Shown piece by piece: positions 61,723 to 64,000 of a stretch of 64,000 bases of DNA. The position numbers were made by a program, and so were the translations under genes. Origin of the DNA: a virus. Position 1 is the stretch's first letter. Each line of letters opens with the position of its first letter. Below the pieces are notes generated by a model. It saw only the letters and a list, made by a program, of their open reading frames with translations. It was not told the origin of the DNA and searched no databases. The DNA is taken from IMG/VR virus record IMGVR_UViG_3300045988_115163; one strand, given 5' to 3'.

Positions 61723-62517
61723 ATGATAATAGCGTGGTTCTCATGCGGTGTAACATCCGCAGTCGCTTGTAAGATAGCATTGAGTCTGTACAATGATGTG
61801 CATCTCTATTATATTGAAACTGGTTCAGGACATCCCGATAACTCTCGCTTTCTCTCTGATTGTGAGAAATGGTACGGACAGCCTATTCATACCATACGAA
61901 GTGATAAGTATGCCAATGTAGAAGATGTATTAACTAAGAAACGATACATCAATGGTTCAACTGGCGCCGCCTGTACATTTGAGCTAAAGAAGCAGGTCAG
62001 GTATAAGTTAGAAAAGGAGTTGGGAAGTTGGGACGGGCAAGTATGGGGCTTTGATTATGACCCGAAAGAAATAAATCGGGCTATCCGATTAAAGCAGCAG
62101 TACCCGGACACAAAGCCACTATTCCCGCTTATTGAAAAGCATATCACGAAGCCGGATGCAATGGGAATGCTCTGGAAAGCTGGTATTGAAATCCCCGCTA
62201 TGTACAAGATGGGTTACAATAATAATAACTGCATCGGATGTGTAAAGGGTGGTATGGGCTACTGGAATAAGATACGCAAGGACTTCCCAGAAGTCTTCAA
62301 CCAAATGGCACAGATTGAGCGTAATGTTGGTGCTACGTGCCTAAAAGATAAAGACGGACGTATCTTCTTGGATGAGTTGCCAACATGGCGAGGTAACCCT
62401 GTGGAAGAGATTATACCAGATTGCTCTTTTATCTGCCAGATAGAGTTTCAAGAGATACTTGATAGGCAGGTAGAGCAAGTTTTGAAAGGAGAAATTAGTA
62501 TTAACGATGTAGACTAA
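61723..62517 (+). CDS. PAPS reductase-like PP-loop family protein
   Basis: The N-terminus IIAWFSCGVTSAVA is a PP-loop variant of SGGxDS. GAACTFELKKQ and a later CIGC are present. ATG at 61723. Confidence 0.55.
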   Translation: MIIAWFSCGVTSAVACKIALSLYNDVHLYYIETGSGHPDNSRFLSDCEKWYGQPIHTIRSDKYANVEDVLTKKRYINGSTGAACTFELKKQVRYKLEKELGSWDGQVWGFDYDPKEINRAIRLKQQYPDTKPLFPLIEKHITKPDAMGMLWKAGIEIPAMYKMGYNNNNCIGCVKGGMGYWNKIRKDFPEVFNQMAQIERNVGATCLKDKDGRIFLDELPTWRGNPVEEIIPDCSFICQIEFQEILDRQVEQVLKGEISINDVD

Positions 62518-62533
62518 TTAGGCTAAAAACGGT

Positions 62534-62785
62534 ATGAATATGAATAAACCATATAAATTAAGTAAAGATTATCGGCTTCTTAAAAAGTTGCTGGACAATG
62601 GTAATGAGATAGTGTGCTTCTTCGACGGAGAAGTTTGTATGGGAAGAGTACTTGAAGACAAGAGATATTATTTCTCTGTACGTGGACGGTGTTATAATGA
62701 CTTCTCGAAAGTATGTTCACAGGCTTCTTTTTCCGAATATATGAGTCAAGACAATGTGGAATTTATCATACCAAATAACGTATAA
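62534..62785 (+). CDS. hypothetical protein
   Basis: ATG ORF of 83 aa. Confidence 0.5.
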   Translation: MNMNKPYKLSKDYRLLKKLLDNGNEIVCFFDGEVCMGRVLEDKRYYFSVRGRCYNDFSKVCSQASFSEYMSQDNVEFIIPNNV

Positions 62786-62795
62786 CTATACAAAT

Positions 62796-62993
62796 ATGAA
62801 TAAATTGAATTGGTATGAAGTAAGTAGCTTACTTCCACCCGCTGAAACGGAAATTATCCTCGCAGATTCCATAAGATGCCGTTCTGAATGGCAAAAACTG
62901 CATATAGAGTGTAATATTAGAGATTTCTGTGAGAATTATGGGTATGATTATTGGACTTACGCTCCAAGCTATAAAAATTTAAAATCAGAGTAA
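62796..62993 (+). CDS. hypothetical protein
   Basis: ATG at 62796 after TAACTATACAA. The track start at 62754 overlaps the previous gene. Confidence 0.45.
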   Translation: MNKLNWYEVSSLLPPAETEIILADSIRCRSEWQKLHIECNIRDFCENYGYDYWTYAPSYKNLKSE

Positions 62994-63004
62994 AATAATC
63001 AGTA

Positions 63005-63334
63005 ATGAATAAAAATGTATCTAAATATGCTTCTGAACATTGGAGCGATAGCGATTATAAGGTAAGAACCGAAATAGCTCATCAAAAAAGTGTATGTGTA
63101 GCTACCTCTGTTGTAAGAAAGGCTGTATTGGAAACCTTTGAAAAGGCTTTCTGTCTTGGTGAGGAAGATATGAAGCAGAAAGCTATCGAATCTTATATCG
63201 AAAATTGCGAGTACAAATCAGAATGGTGCTGCGGTTGTGCAGAAGCTCATGGAGCTATCCTTTCTGAACCGGATGTATGTATGGGTAGGGATTGCCCTAC
63301 TGTGAAACAATTTATTGAAAAACTTAATTCGTAA
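63005..63334 (+). CDS. hypothetical protein (Cys-rich)
   Basis: ATG ORF of 109 aa containing CCGC and C..C. Confidence 0.5.
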   Translation: MNKNVSKYASEHWSDSDYKVRTEIAHQKSVCVATSVVRKAVLETFEKAFCLGEEDMKQKAIESYIENCEYKSEWCCGCAEAHGAILSEPDVCMGRDCPTVKQFIEKLNS

Positions 63335-63344
63335 CGATATAGAT

Positions 63345-63590
63345 ATGAACACTTTTAAAAGTAAAGCAAGATGTCCTAAATGTGGCTGTACTAATCTTAT
63401 TTTGATGGAAATAAGTATTGCGTCTACAACTTTTGTTCAATCGGTTGGATATGTGGCTAAAGATTCATCCTACAATGAAGTAGGAAATATAATCAGACTT
63501 GAAGGCAAATGTAATAGATGTAATCATGGCTGGATTTTTAGAAATGCGATTCAAATAACAGACGTGTTAGAACACCCAGAGAAATTTTAA
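63345..63590 (+). CDS. zinc-ribbon protein
   Basis: CPKCGC ... CNRCNH gives two CxxC pairs. ATG at 63345. Confidence 0.45.
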   Translation: MNTFKSKARCPKCGCTNLILMEISIASTTFVQSVGYVAKDSSYNEVGNIIRLEGKCNRCNHGWIFRNAIQITDVLEHPEKF

Positions 63591-63606
63591 TCAAAACAGT
63601 ATAGTA

Positions 63607-63870
63607 ATGAGCAAATATCAAACAGAAGCCGGGATAGAATGTACACCCGAAGAAGATAAGCTAATTGATTCATTGAAAAGATTAGCTAAAAAATGGGAGA
63701 AAGACGGTAATCGTCTTTGGCTGTATTCAGCCAGTGGTTCACTTCATGTAATGATGCACGGAGATACGGAAGATAATCCTACGCCAGAATTTACGAAATC
63801 AAATGGTAGTAATATTGATAATAGTATAACTACAATTGACGGGATAAAAAATGATGGTGGTGACTGGTAA
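63607..63870 (+). CDS. hypothetical protein
   Basis: ATG ORF of 87 aa. Confidence 0.5.
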   Translation: MSKYQTEAGIECTPEEDKLIDSLKRLAKKWEKDGNRLWLYSASGSLHVMMHGDTEDNPTPEFTKSNGSNIDNSITTIDGIKNDGGDW

Positions 63871-63890
63871 TTAACTAAGGCAAGATACGA

Positions 63891-64000
63891 ATGAATAAAA
63901 ATAAACATATCCTCGATTGGTATATTGATAATACACCATCTGACGAAAAAGAATACGATAAAGGCTGTTTATTCGCTTTCTCTACAATAGCTATCGTTTT
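63891..64000 (+). CDS. hypothetical protein, N-terminal fragment (runs off the window)
   Basis: ATG at 63891. The frame is open to the window end. Confidence 0.35.
   Translation, partial: MNKNKHILDWYIDNTPSDEKEYDKGCLFAFSTIAIV

Noticed and set aside
1-64000. Genome-wide stop-codon reassignment (TAG or TGA recoding), as in some gut phages
   Set aside because: Very long ORFs (1955 aa and 5156 aa) and all recognisable genes are intact under the standard code. The only irregularities are one in-frame TAG (11797) and one frame change (9445-9451).
1-64000. tRNA genes, or an integrase/invertase gene that could serve the inversion switch
   Set aside because: The intergenic regions (3850-4434, 11036-11112, 16768-16878, 17847-18015, 30008-30165, 49757-50176, 59857-60223) show no cloverleaf-like GTTCRA T-loop context by eye. 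No ORF shows serine-recombinase or tyrosine-recombinase (R..HxxR..Y) signatures. A tRNAscan or HMM search could still overturn this.

Overview
The whole 64-kb window is bacteriophage DNA: a large siphovirus-like phage or prophage, AT-rich and tightly packed. Several intergenic regions carry Bacteroidota-style TAnnTTTG -7 promoter boxes, which suggests a Bacteroidota host. No tRNA, rRNA, CRISPR array, integrase or invertase was recognised.

Layout:
- 1-13160 (+): early, replication and recombination genes. These include a SAM methyltransferase, an HNH/NUMOD4 endonuclease, an SbcC/Rad50-like ATPase with a zinc hook, a small protein with an SSB-type DDLPF tail, a RecT-like annealase, a frameshifted metallo-beta-lactamase-fold nuclease, a RuvC-like resolvase, MazG and an M15 peptidase.
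- 13198-16767 (-): an orphan block of low-complexity proteins.
- 16879-18378: a split HNH homing endonuclease and two divergent DnaA-domain-IV-like HTH genes.
- 18391-30007 (-): the virion module. It runs scaffold, decoration-like protein, lambda-E-like capsid, connectors, major tail protein plus FN3 ORF, G/GT chaperones, and a 1955-aa tape measure.
- 30166-49756 (+): TerL, portal and a single 5156-aa modular tail fibre that ends in an S74-type intramolecular chaperone.
- 50177-55492: a receptor-binding-protein (RBP) diversification locus.
- 55506-59856 (-) and 60224-64000 (+): divergent blocks of small genes.

Most notable observations:
- A 2.4-kb segment bracketed by perfect 50-bp inverted repeats could swap the C-terminal cassette of an RBP-like gene, in the manner of the Mu G segment.
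- An (AG)13 repeat lies inside a translationally coupled upstream ORF.
- A prfB-like CTT TGA C site restores the HxHxDH motif of the beta-lactamase-fold gene.
- Two candidate -1 slippery sites lie in the tail genes.

All functional calls come from motif recognition by eye. No database search was run.
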